64,000 nt of DNA from Mobula hypostoma (taxonomy: Eukaryota). The translations under genes were made by a program, and so were the position numbers. The notes below the pieces were generated by a model. It ran no database searches. It saw only the letters and a list, made by a program, of their open reading frames with translations, and was not told the origin of the DNA. Location of the stretch: NCBI RefSeq assembly GCF_963921235.1, contig NC_086097.1, positions 195,798,001 to 195,862,000 on the forward strand, given 5' to 3'. Of this stretch, positions 51,092 through 62,320 are shown piece after piece; within the stretch, counting starts at the first letter, position 1; every line of letters begins with the position of its first letter.

Positions 51092-52250
51092 TTAGCGGAA
51101 GTTAGAGAAGTCAATGTTCATGCCATCAAGTTGGAGGCTACCCAGACAGAATATAAGGTGTTGTTCCTCCAACCTGAGTGTGGCTTCATCTTTACAGTAG
51201 AGGAGGCCGTGGATAGATATATCATAATGGGAATGGGATATGGAATTAAAATGTGTGGCCACTGGGAGATCCTGCTTTCTCTGGCGGACAGAGCGTAGGT
51301 GTTCAGCAAAACTATCTCCCAGTCTGCGTTGGGTTTCGCCAATATATAGAAGGCCACATCGGGAGCACCAGATGCAGTATATCACCCCAGCCGATTCACA
51401 GGTGAAGTGTCGCCACACCTGGAAGGACTGTCTGAGGCCATGAATGGTGGTAAGGGAGGAAGTGTAAGGGCATGTGTAGCACTTGTTCCGTTTACAAGGA
51501 TAAGTGCCAGGAGGGAGATCAGTGGGGAGGGATGGAGGGGACGAATGGACAAGGGAGTCGTGTAGGGAGCGATCCCTGCGGAAAGCGGGGGGGTGGTGGG
51601 AGGGAAAGATGTGCTTAGTGGTGGGATCCCATTGGAGGTGGCGGAAGTTACGGAGAATAATATGTTGGACCCGGAGGCTGGTAGGGTGGTAGGTGAGGAC
51701 CAGGGGAACCCTATTCCTAGTGGGGTGGTGGAAGGATGGAGTGAGAGCAGATGTGCTTGAAATGGGGGAGATGCGTTTGCGAGCAGAGTTGATGGTGGAG
51801 GAAGGGAAGCCCCTTTCTTTAAAAAAGGAGGACATCTCCCTCATCCTGGAATGAAAAGCCTGATCCTGAGAGCAGATGCGGCGGAGACGGAGGAATGCGA
51901 GAAGGGGATGGCATTTTTGCAAGAGACAGGATGAGAAGAGGAATAGTCCAGATAGCTGTGAGAGTCAGTAGGCTTATAGTAGACATCAGGAGATAAGCTG
52001 TCTCCAGAGATAGAGACAGAAAGATCTAGAAAGGGGAGGGAGGTGTTGGAAATGGACCAGGTAGACTTGAGGGCAGGGTGAAAGTTGGAGGCAAAGTTAA
52101 TGAAGTCAACGAGCTCAGCATGCGTGCAGGAAGCAGCGCCAATGCAGTCATCAATGTAGCAGAGGAAAATTGGGGGACAGATACCAGAATAGGTTTGGAA
52201 CATAGATTGTTCCACAAGCCAACAAAAAGGCAGGCATAGCTAGGACCCAT
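51092..52250 (-). pseudogene. Penelope-like RT C-terminal half plus GIY-YIG endonuclease (left arm)
   Basis: MGPSYACLFVG, YIDD, LPFLDL, YYKPTD, CKRNKCYTC, VIYCIWCSRCGLLYIGET, FAEH. Frameshifted. Confidence 0.92.
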
Positions 52251-52622
52251 ATGTTCCAAACCTATTCTGGTAAATCTATGTTCCAAACCTATTCTGGTAG
52301 AACAATCCATGTTCCAAACCTATTCTGGTAAATCTATGTTCCAAACCTATTCTGGTAAATCTATGTTCCAAACCTATTCTAGTAGAACAATCTATGTTCC
52401 AAACCTATTCTGGTAAATCTATGTTCCAAACCTATTCTGGTAAATCTATGTTCCAAACCTATTCTAGTAGAACAATCTATGTTCCAAACCTATTCTGGTA
52501 AATCTATGTTCCAAACCTATTCTAGTAGAACAATCTATGTTCCAAACCTATTCTGGTAGAACAATCTATGTTCCAAACCTATTCTGGTATGGAATAATCT
52601 ATGTTCCAAACCTATTCTGGTA
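52251..52622 (+). repeat. Tandem array: 12 units (27, 31 or 33 bp) plus a 13th running into the right arm
   Basis: Core ATGTTCCAAACCTATTCT(G/A)GTA starts at 52251, 52278, 52309, 52336, 52363, 52394, 52421, 52448, 52479, 52506, 52537, 52568 and 52601. Confidence 0.97.
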
Positions 52623-53712
52623 TCTGTCCCCCAATTTTCCTTCGCTACATCGACGACTGCATTGGCGCTGCTTCCTGCACGCATGCTGAGCTCGTTTGCT
52701 TCATTAACTTTGCCTCCAACTTTCACCCTGCCCTCAAGTTTACCTGGTCCATTTCCAACACCTCCCTCCCCTTTCTAGATCTTTCTGTCTCTATCTCTGG
52801 AGACAGCTTATCTACTGATGTCTACTATAAGCCTACTGACTCTCACACCTATCTGGACTATTCCTCTTCTCACCCTGTCTCTTGCAAAAATGCCATCCCG
52901 TTCTCGCAATTCCTCTGTCTCCGCCGCATCTGCTCTCAGGATCAGGCTTTTCAATCCAGGACGAGGGAGATGTCCTCCTTTTTTAAAGAAAGGGGCTTCC
53001 CTTCCTCCACCATCAACTCTGCTCTCAAACGCATCTCCCCCATTTCAAGCACACCTGCCCTCACTCCATCCTCCCACCACCCCACTAGGAATAGGGTTCC
53101 CCTGGTCCTCACCTACCACCCCACCAGCCTCCGGGTCCAACATATTATTCTCCATAACTTCCGCCACCTCCAATGAGATCCCACCACTAAGCACATCTTT
53201 CCCTCCCACCCCCCCCCACTTTCCACAGGGATCGCTCCCTACACGACTTCCTTGTCCATTCGTCCCCTCCATCCCTCCCCACTGATCTTCCTCCTGGCAC
53301 TTATCCTTGTAAGCAGAACAAGTGCTACACATGCCCTTACACTTCCTCCCTTACCACCATTCAGGGCCCCAGACAGTCCTTCCAGGTGAGGCGACACTTC
53401 ACCTGTGAGTCGGCTGGGGTGATATACTGCGTCCGGTGCTCCCGATATGGCCTTCTATATATTGGTGAGATCCGACGCAGACTGGGAGATAGTTTTGCTG
53501 AACACCTATGCTCTGTCCGCCAGAGAAAGCAAGATCTCCCAGTGGCCACACATTTTAATTCCATATCCCATTCCCATTATGATATATCTATCCACGGCCT
53601 CCTCTACTGTAAAGATGAAGCCACACTCAGGTTGGAGGAACAACACCTTATATTCTGTCTGGGTAGCCTCCAACCTGATGGCATGAACATTGACTTCTCT
53701 AACTTCCGCTAA
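52601..53712 (+). pseudogene. Penelope-like RT C-terminal half plus GIY-YIG endonuclease (right arm)
   Basis: FLRYIDD, LPFLDL, VIYCVRCSRYGLLYIGE. Premature TGA at 53174-53176. Confidence 0.92.
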
Positions 53713-54000
53713 TGCCCCACCTCCCTCTCATACCCCATCCGTTATTTATTTATATACACGCATTCTTTCTCTCTCTCTCCTTTTTCTCCCTCTGTCCCTG
53801 TGACTATATCCCTTGCCCATCCTCTGGGTTTTTCCACCCCTCCCCCTTTTCCTTCTCCCTGGGGCTCCGGTCCCATGATCCTCTCATATCCCTTTTGCCA
53901 ATCACCTGTCCAGCTCTTGGCTCCATCCCTCCCCCTCCTGTCTTCTCCTATCATTTTGGATCTCCTCCTTTCAAATCTCTTATTAGCTCTTCCTTCAGTT

Positions 54001-54037
54001 AGTCCTGACGAAGGGTCTTGGCCCAAAACGTCGACTG
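54001..54037 (+). ncRNA. Minimal type I hammerhead ribozyme-like motif in the Penelope pseudo-LTR
   Basis: AGTC-CTGACGA-AGGGTCTTGGCCC-AAAA-CGTC-GACT: stem I AGTC/GACT, CUGAnGA core, hairpin II. The GAAA position reads AAAA. Confidence 0.7.
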
Positions 54038-55139
54038 TACCTCTTCCTAGAGATGCTGCCTGGCCTGCTGCGTTCACCAGCAACTTTGATGTGTGTTACT
54101 TGAATTTCCAGCATCAGCAGAATTCCTCGTGCTTGTGTGCTTCATAATTTTGGACCATATTTAAACATACACCCACAGTAATATCGTTGGACTTCTCAAC
54201 CTGCAACGTCATGTAAACATCAACTCCCAAAATAATTCCACAAGCAAACTTACTTCCAATCTTCAACTAATCTCAAAGAGATTAATTTTTAAATGGTGCA
54301 AAATGGAATGGAAAGAGGCTCTTTTTGTTGCCAAGTTATCAGCACATCACATTTACTGTGGTCCAATTTGCTGGCAATGTAGAGCTCTGCAATCATTGTA
54401 GAACTAATTTTAACAACCATTATTTGTTATTCATAGATAAAATATTCATTGCAAGAACAGTCCTTCAATATAACAAAATCGAACTATCTCAGTGGCAAAA
54501 TGACCATTGTGATTGTATTGCTACCTTTCAATACAAATTATGCAGAAGCAACATAACATAATCCATAAAGAAAATTCAATGTTAAATCTATTGGTTGTAA
54601 CACAATGAAAAATCATGGAATATCATGCCGAATTTGTTAAATGGATTTTGACTCTCTTTCAGCAAGTTCCAGTGAAAATATCCTCCAAAGTTTTAATATA
54701 CTATGCCAAAACACCAAAGGGATTCTTACAGCATTGAGCTTGTTCCTACATGAATCAGGCTGACATTCCATTAACACTACTGTTTCACACAAAAGGCTCT
54801 TATCCACATTGCTCAATAATATTTATTAGACTTAACTGTCACAAATGACATCAGTAGAAAAAGTGAAAAGGTACTGCAGAGTGAATATAGGGAGTTAGGA
54901 AGAAAGTTGAAAAGCTGGACCTCAGGAGTAGAAATCAGTCAAATAAAACATTGTTCCTCCAGGCCAAGGTGCAAAATACAGTACCAATGGCACAAAGCAC
55001 ACAGCACATAGCATCTGTCCTTGCAGGCAGGTTTACTAGAGATTTAGAGAGGGTTTAAACTAATTTGGCTGGGGGTAGGAACCAGAATGATAGAGTTGAG
55101 GATGCGACTGTTGGTATATAAGCAGAGACTGTGTGTAGT

Positions 55140-55690
55140 GAGACTGGTTGAAGCATGGTTGAAGACTTCGATTATGATTTGCAATGCATCATAATGGGCT
55201 TTTTCACATTTGGTGATGGCATCATGCAGTATCATGAGTGCCTGATTATAGTCGGCCACTGATGGTATGTAAACTACAGACAGGATCACAGATGAGAACT
55301 TCCTAGGTAAATAGAATGGACGACATTTGATCATTAGGTGTTCCAAGTCAGAGGAACATGAGTTCAACAAAACCGCCACCTCAGAACACCACTGAGAGCT
55401 TATTATGAAACATACACCTCATCCTTTTACCTTTTCAAATTCAGCAGTTACGTCCATTCGTAAATCAAGAAGCCATTGGATCTGATTGCTATATCTGGTG
55501 TACTGGGAGAAAGCCACATCTCGATCAGACATAGAATGCAACGGGCTCTTAGTTCTCTCCGATACAGCAACCTTGCCCTCAGGTCTTCCGTTTTGATCTC
55601 CAGTGACTGCATATTTGCCTGCAGGATGATGAATGGAGAAGGCCTCATCCCTCTGCGTTTCAGTCTGGCTTGTAGTCTCCTCCCCTCCTG
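55140..55690 (-). mobile_element. Rex1-like AP-endonuclease region fragment
   Basis: IILQANMQSLEIK...CILCLIEMWL and LEHLMIKCRPFYLPRKFSSVILSVVYIP. Confidence 0.75.
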
Positions 55691-56694
55691 CCTTACTTCT
55701 GGCCATGGCTATGAAACTGCATGTAGACTGGGACTGCCATACTGCCAAGGAGTTGCTGAAGTGAAATTTGTTAAGTGTGTTCAGGAAAATTTCATCAGGC
55801 AGTTATATAAAAGGCCCTGCTAAGGAGATGGAAAAGTTTGACCTGCTCTTGGGAAATACGGCCAGACAAGAGACTGAGATGTCAGTATCAATCTTTGGAA
55901 CACACAATGAAAGATTTATTAATCTATGCCAAGATAATGCTTCACAAGGAGACCAACAGAAGAATAATAGATTTAGTGTCATAAAATGGTCAGTATATTC
56001 AGGCTATCAGATATAACTGCACGTGGGGTAAAATCCTGGACTTGTTTCCACTTAAATAGGCAAATTCTAGCAGTTCCATTCAGAAATCGATGGACTTATC
56101 AGCAAATTACAGGACATAAATGAACAAGAAATGGCACTGTTTAGGACTGTATAAATTGAAGAAGTAAATAATTATGATATTCAGCTCCCTAAACAAATTA
56201 TAGATTCATCTAGCCTTTAACTATCCCTCCCCCACCTTATTGTCATGCCCCCTAGTTTTTTTATAGATTTTGACACAGAGAAAAGGACTACCCACCTGTC
56301 TATCGCTCTCAGGACTTCATATGCTTCTGTCAAGTCACCTCTCAGTTTCTGGCATTCCAGAGAAAACAATCTGAATTTATCCAGCCTCTTCTTATAGCTA
56401 ACACTCTCTAATCCAGACAACAAAATGAGAAAATATTTAGACTCGAAGTGGAAGGTATTCAAAAAAATAAACCATTAAGCAGGTCTGAAGAAGGAACATG
56501 ACATCTTGCCTATGAACTCCTCATCTGTTCCAACTCGCTCTCTCCTAAACAGAGGTAGGACAGAATTTGTCTGGTCCTCACTATCATCCTGTCACTGCAT
56601 CCCATGAAGTGTTCTTTCTCAGCCTTGTTTTTAGTGTTGTAATAAAACAGGAGACCATGGTCAGGTGGGATTAAAGTGGCAGGCAACCAAAGAA

Positions 56695-58168
56695 TGAGAA
56701 TCAGACTAATCACAATCAGGTTTAATATCACTGGCATAAGTCATGAAATTTGCTGTTTTGTGGCAGCAATACATAGTGCATAATAATAAAAAACTATAAA
56801 TTACAGTATGAAGTACTTATATAAAAAATAAATAGTGCAAAAGGAGAGAAAATGGTGAGGTGGCGTTGGTGGATTCACTGTCCATTCAGTAGTCTGATCA
56901 TGGAGAGAAAGAAGCTGTTCCTGCATCATTAAAGTTGTGTCTTAAGGCTCCTGAACCTTCTCCTTGATGGTAGCAATGAGAAGAGGGCATGTCCTGGGTG
57001 ATGGGGACCTTCGTGATAAATCTTTCCTTTTAAAGCGTTGTCTTTTGAAAGTGTGGAGGCTAGTGCCCATGATGGGTTTAGGTGAGTTTACAACTTCCTG
57101 CGGCTTTTTCCAATCTTGTGCAGTGGCCCCTCCATAGCAAACAGTGATGCAACCAGTTAGAATGCTCTCTATGGTACATCAGTAGAAATTTACAAGTGCC
57201 TTCGATGGCATAACAAGTCTCCTCAAACCCCTGAGGCTGCTGTCATACTTACTTTGTAATTGCATCAATATGTTTGGACCAGGTTAGATCTTCAGAGATG
57301 TTGACATCCAGAAACTTAAAACTGCTCACCCTTTCCACTGCTGACTCCTTGATGAGGACTGGTGTGTGTTCCTTCGACTTCCCCTTCCTGAAGTCCACGA
57401 TCAGTTCCTTGGTCTTACTGACTTGATTATGAGATTATTGTTAGGACATAACTCAACCAGCTGATCTATCTCTCTGCTCTATGCCTCCTCATCACTATCT
57501 GAAATTCTGCCAACAATAGTTGTTGGAAAATTTATAGATGGAACTTCAGCTGTGCCTAGCCACACAGTCATAAGCTTAGAAAGAGTAGAGCAGTGGGCTA
57601 ACCACACATCCATGAGGTGCACTAGTGTTGATTGTCAGCAAGGAGGAGATGTTATTTCTGATCCGCACAGACTGCGATCTCCCAGAGAGGAAATCAAGAA
57701 TCCAGTTACAGAGGGAGGTGGTCCAGAAGGCCTGGTTTTGGAGCTTATTGATTAGGTCTGAAGGTATGATTGTGCTGAACACTGAGCAGTAATCAATAAA
57801 CAACAGCATGATGTAGGTATTACTATCATCTTGGTGATCCAAAGCTGTAGGGAGAGCCAGTAAGATTGCATCCACTGTCGACTTCTTGTGGCAGTAGGCA
57901 AATTTCAGTGGGTTAAGGTCCTTGCTTAGGTAGGTGTGGGTTCCAGCCATGACCAACCTCTCAAAGTACTTCATCACAGTGAAAGTGAGAGCTACTGGGT
58001 GATAGTCTTTGAGGCAGCTCACCCTGCTCATCTATAGCACTGACATGATTGTCACCCTTTTGAAGCAGGTGGGAATCTGCAGCAGAGAGAGATTGAAGAT
58101 GTCCTTGAACACTCCTGCCACTTGTTTGGCACAGGTTTTCAGAGCCCTGCCAGGAACACCATCAGGAT
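56695..58168 (-). mobile_element. Rex1/Babar-like LINE, RT to 3' tail
   Basis: [13 protein letters not shown]...[36 protein letters not shown]. Tail at the left end. Confidence 0.85.
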
Positions 58169-58493
58169 CATTCATAGAATGTAGAACATGACCATAAGTT
58201 ATAGGAGCAGAATTAGGCTGTCTGGCCCACTGAGTTTGCTCCTCCATTTCATCATGGCTGATCCATTTTCCTCTCAACCCCAATCTCCTGCCTTCTTCCC
58301 ATAACTCTTAATGGCTTGACAAATCAGGAATCTATAAACCTCTGCCTTAAATGCACCCAAAGACATGGCCTCCACAACTGCCTGTGGCAACAAATTCTAC
58401 AGATTCACTGCTCTCTAGCTAAAGAAATTCCTTCTCATCTCTGAGGCTGTGCCTTCTGGTCCTAAACTCTACTATCATAGGAAGCATCCTTTC

Positions 58494-61000
58494 TGTCATG
58501 GTCTGGTCCATGAAATCCACATTCTGGTTCATGGTCCGGTCCATGTTCCTTATTCCAGGATTTCTGGTTTTCCCCCGTTTCTGTTGAGGCAGCTGATTCT
58601 CGTTTGGGCTGGATCCATAAATAGCTTCAGGGTTCAGCCTTTGGCTGTGGTGGCTGCTGGCTGTGGGGGACATTTTATGGGAATATTGACTGATGGCCTG
58701 TATAGGTCTGGAATGATATTTGTACACAGTCCCTTGCAAACTCTGATAGGATGGCAGGGAGGGAGACTGATGGTGACAGCAACAGCATGGAGTTTGAGTG
58801 GGAAGAGGTGGGGAGAGGGATGAAGAACAAGAGGTGATGGGTTGGAAGAGAAAGAAAGCAGGTGGGTCTAGTGTAGGTGGGTCAGAAAGTGAGGGAAGAG
58901 AAGTTGAGGAGAAGGGCCTGAAGGCAAAATTGCTAAATGTAGTGGTAAGATTTGAGGGGGAATGGGGAGTAAAGAAAATTGAGCTGCTTAAGCTAACAAA
59001 AACCATTAGAGGACAAGTAGGGGAAGTGAGCCATGTGAGAATTTTAGGAGATGGAAACCTGCTGATAGGATGTAAAACTGAAGAGCAGATGGAGAAGGCA
59101 ATGAAGGTGGCTAATGTTGGGAAAGTCAGTGTCCAGGATTGTAAGAGTTGGAGCACAAAGGGTCAATGGTTGCAAGGGGGTGATATCTGGGGTTCCCCTC
59201 AGTGTTAATATGAAGGAGCTAGTGGAGAACTTGAGGGTGAGGAATAGTTCAGTGAAAAGAATGACAAGGGGAGCAGAGAAAAGGGAAACTGAAACCGTTC
59301 TGGTAGAATTTGAGGATAAGGTGCCTCCAAAGGAGTAATATTTTGGATTTCTAAGATACAATGTAAGAGAATATATACCAAAACCTATGAGGTGTTTCAA
59401 TTGCCAGGAGTTTGGGCATGTGGCCAAAGTGTGCAAAGGAAAGAGAAGATGTGCAAGGTGTGGTGGGGAACATGAATACGGAAAATGTGGAGAAGGAGTG
59501 AGACCAAATTGCTGTAATTGTGGAGGTAACCATAGTGTAGCATACTGGGGATGTGAAGTGTTGAAAAAAGAGGTGAAGGTGCAGCAGATAAGGGTGAAGG
59601 GAAAAGTCTCATATGCTGAGGCAGTCAAGTTGGCAGGACAGAAGAAAATGAATGAGGGATGGTGTAGCAAAGAGCATGCGACAGCTAAAGAAAGGCAAGA
59701 TAAGAAGAATGCATGGATAGAGAAGAAGAAATTGGTGACCTTTATAGTGTGGATGCCAACTGCTGTAAAAACCCAAAGAAAAAGAAGAAGAAGCCTCTGA
59801 CTGCTGGATTGTTCCTGTCCGTACCCTCTGTCTGAATCCCTTCCCTTCCCCTGCCTTCTGTTTCCTCACCTGAAGCCTAGACTCACCTCGCCTTGCCTTG
59901 CCTTGCCTCACCTCGCCTCGCCTGTAACCCTCGCCTGCACTGCTGTCAAGTTCAATTGCTGGAGCAAGATAAGGAACTGTCTATCGTTGTTTTGAACTGT
60001 CTCTACGTCCATGCCTTCACTAGGTAGGTCTGGCAGTATGCAGCTACCTAGTGTTAGGAACTGTCTCTGTCCACACCTTTGCTAGGTAGGTCTGGCTGTC
60101 TGCGGCTGCCTTGTGTTGTGAACCATCTTGTCATATTCTGCATTCTATGTATGACTCCCGGCCCTACGTCCTCTTTCCAAGGAGGGGTCCTGGCTCTGTG
60201 TTCCATGTTCCTGTCTCTCCCTCGACCAAGGCTCTGCGTTCCTGTCTCTCCCTCGACCAAATCAAGTCTTCAGGGGTCTCATCCAGTCCTAGCCACGATC
60301 CAAGAACCTTGTCCTGTCCAAGCCATGGCTTTGTGTTCTCGTCTTGTCCATGTGTCTCACCAAGCCCAGGAGTACCTTGCCCAGCCCAGTGCTGGCGTTC
60401 CCTCGACCTGTGCTGGGGTTCCCTTGTCCCATCCGGGAGTCTCACGTCCAGTCCTGTTGCCTCTCCTCATCCTGTAGCCACGTCTTGATCTTGCCTAGTT
60501 CTGGAGTCCGAGCCTGAGTCAAGTCTCAGGTTCTGGGTCCTGGCTCGGAGTCCATACCCAAGCCTCGAAGTACCCTCGCCTCAAGGAACCCAAGCCCCGT
60601 CATGTCCTCGCCTCAAGGAACCCAAGCCCCATCATGTCCTCGCCTCGAGGAACCCAAGCCCTGTCATGTCCTCGCCTTTTTCCGGGGTCCAAGCCCCGTC
60701 ATGTCCTCGCCTTTTTCCGGGGTCCAAGCCCGAGTCAAAACCCAGGTTCTGGGCCCTTGTCCAGTCTCTGGCTTGGAGTCCAAACACAGGCTCCTAGTTC
60801 CTAGTTCCATGTCCTGGTTCCGCTATCCTAGTCAAGTCCTAGCCCAGGCTCTGTATCCTTGTCTCATCCAGGGCCTCTGTCATGTCCAACGTCCTTTCTT
60901 CCCCACTTCCGTCACTTTCTTGACTTACCTAGTCCTGTTCCTTGTACTTCAGTATCTGTGTCTTGCATTTGGGTCTGCTCCCAGCATCCCCATTGTAACA
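58494..61000 (+). mobile_element. Probable solo LTR (~1.35 kb net) with internal tandem repeats
   Basis: TGTCA...TGTAACA termini. Flanks CTTTC (58489-58493) / CTCTC (61001-61005). TATA-like CATAAATA near 58616. (CCTCG/CCTTG)n at 59885-59925 and ~30-bp duplications at 60575-60732. Confidence 0.65.
58641..59791 (+). mobile_element. I/Nimb-like LINE derivative retaining ORF1 and only the extreme 3' end
   Basis: Three CCHC knuckles (CFNCQEFGHVAKVC, CARCGGEHEYGKC, CCNCGGNHSVAYWGC), SYAEAVK, (GAA)n tail, TSD AGCCT at 58636-58640 and 59792-59796. Confidence 0.8.
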
Positions 61001-61262
61001 CTCTCCACATCCACTGTAGCGAGGCTTTTCAACATTTGATCAGTTTCAATGAGATTCCCCTCATTCTACTGAAATCCAGTGTGTACAGGCCCGGAGCTAA
61101 TTCTCATATGGTAATCCTTTCATTCCCAGAATAATTCTTGACAGCCTCCTCTAAATCCTCTCCGATGTCAGCACATCCTTTTTTAGATACAGAGCCCAAA
61201 ACTGCTCACAATACTCCGAGTGAGGCCTTACCATTGCCTTATAAAGCCTCACTATTACATCC

Positions 61263-61497
61263 AAAATGCTGGAGGAACTCAGCAGGCCAAGTGCTATCTA
61301 TGGAAAAGAGTACAGTTGATGCTTCGGGCCAAAAACCTTCAGCAGGACTCGTGTTAAGTGTCAGTCCTGTCAAAGGGTTTCGGCCTGAAGCATCAGCCGT
61401 ACTCTTTTCCATAGATTCTGCATGGCCTGCTGAGTTAGGTCCTCCAGCATTTTATGTGTATTGCTTGGATTTCCAGCATCTGCAAATCGTCTCTTGT
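61263..61497. mobile_element. Miniature Penelope pseudo-LTR palindrome
   Basis: 61263-61348 is the reverse complement of ~61364-61454. Duplicated host sequence TCA(C/A)TATTACAT(C/T)C at 61249-61262 and 61498-61511. Confidence 0.82.
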
Positions 61498-61829
61498 TCA
61501 ATATTACATTCTTGCTTTTACTTTCTAGCCTTCTCAGATGTATACTAACATTGCATTTACCTTCATCACCACTGACTCAACCTGTAAATTAACTTTTAGG
61601 GAATCCTGCACAAGGACTCCCAAGTCCCTTTGCACCTCAGATTTTTGAACATAGAACAGTGATACAGCACCATACAGCCCCTTCAGCACACATTGTTGCG
61701 CCAGTCTACAAAAAACTACTCCACCATCAATCTAACCCTTCTCTACAGACTGAAGATCAGTGTCCTGGAAAGTAACCACCCAAACTTACTTTGGCCTCTC
61801 TAGATTAGAGAAAGTATCACCCTTTGCAA

Positions 61830-62320
61830 ATGTTGTCAGCTCCAACATAATTCCACCACCAAACACAACTGTCCTCCCTCCCCTTTCTGTATTTCAAAGA
61901 GATGGTACCCTTCATTTCTCCCCGATCACTCTTCCATCCTGAAACAAATCTCATCATACAGCACTTTCTCACCCGCCTGCCGGAAGTGCAATTTCATCTG
62001 ACCTTCAACTCTCCTTCCAGAAACACCAGCTGGCTTTCGAAGTAATGCAGAAATTCAGCAGAGCACTGCATTTGGTGTTTATGAAGTGATCTGTCCTGCA
62101 CTGGCGAAACTAAACACAAATTGGGCAACTGCTTTGTGGAGCAATAGCATTCAGTCTGCAGGAGTAACCCAGAGTATTCTGATGCCCTACTCTTGAATTT
62201 CCCATACCACCCTGATCTGTTGCTCTTGCACTATTACAATGAGGCTTTGAGGAACAAACTCTCCCTTCTCTCTGGGTACACTGCAGACTTCCATATGCAA
62301 TACCAAATTCTCCAATTTTA
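61830..62320 (+). mobile_element. Highly degraded Penelope-like GIY-YIG fragment
   Basis: ACTGGCGAAACTAAACACAAATTGGGCAACTGCTTTGTGGAGCA (GETK..LG.CF.E) and ending ..AATTCTCCAATTTTA. Confidence 0.55.

Larger units (their letters stand above)
50733..54143. mobile_element. Penelope-like element inserted as a head-to-head palindrome
   Basis: 50733-~52215 is the reverse complement of ~52590-54097. 11-bp TSD ATAATTTTGGA at 50722-50732 and 54144-54154. Confidence 0.95.
58185..61650 (-). mobile_element. CR1 3' fragment (58185-58493, 61001-61262, 61498-61650) hosting two insertions
   Basis: The three pieces are collinear with the CR1 at 17085-17697 and 19786-19880. Confidence 0.8.

Noticed and set aside
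52251..52622. CRISPR-like appearance of the regularly spaced repeat
   Set aside because: The intervening sequences are 5-11 nt, recurrent and derived from the adjacent RT sequence. The context is eukaryotic and there are no cas genes.
59387..59560. Retroviral gag nucleocapsid
   Set aside because: The three-knuckle spacing, (GAA)n tail and own TSD fit a non-LTR ORF1. The surrounding LTR-like sequence is merely its insertion target.
58419..59670. Long minus-strand ORFs (245 aa and 208 aa)
   Set aside because: Antisense shadows of the purine-rich ORF1 on the plus strand, with low-complexity S/P/F/L composition.
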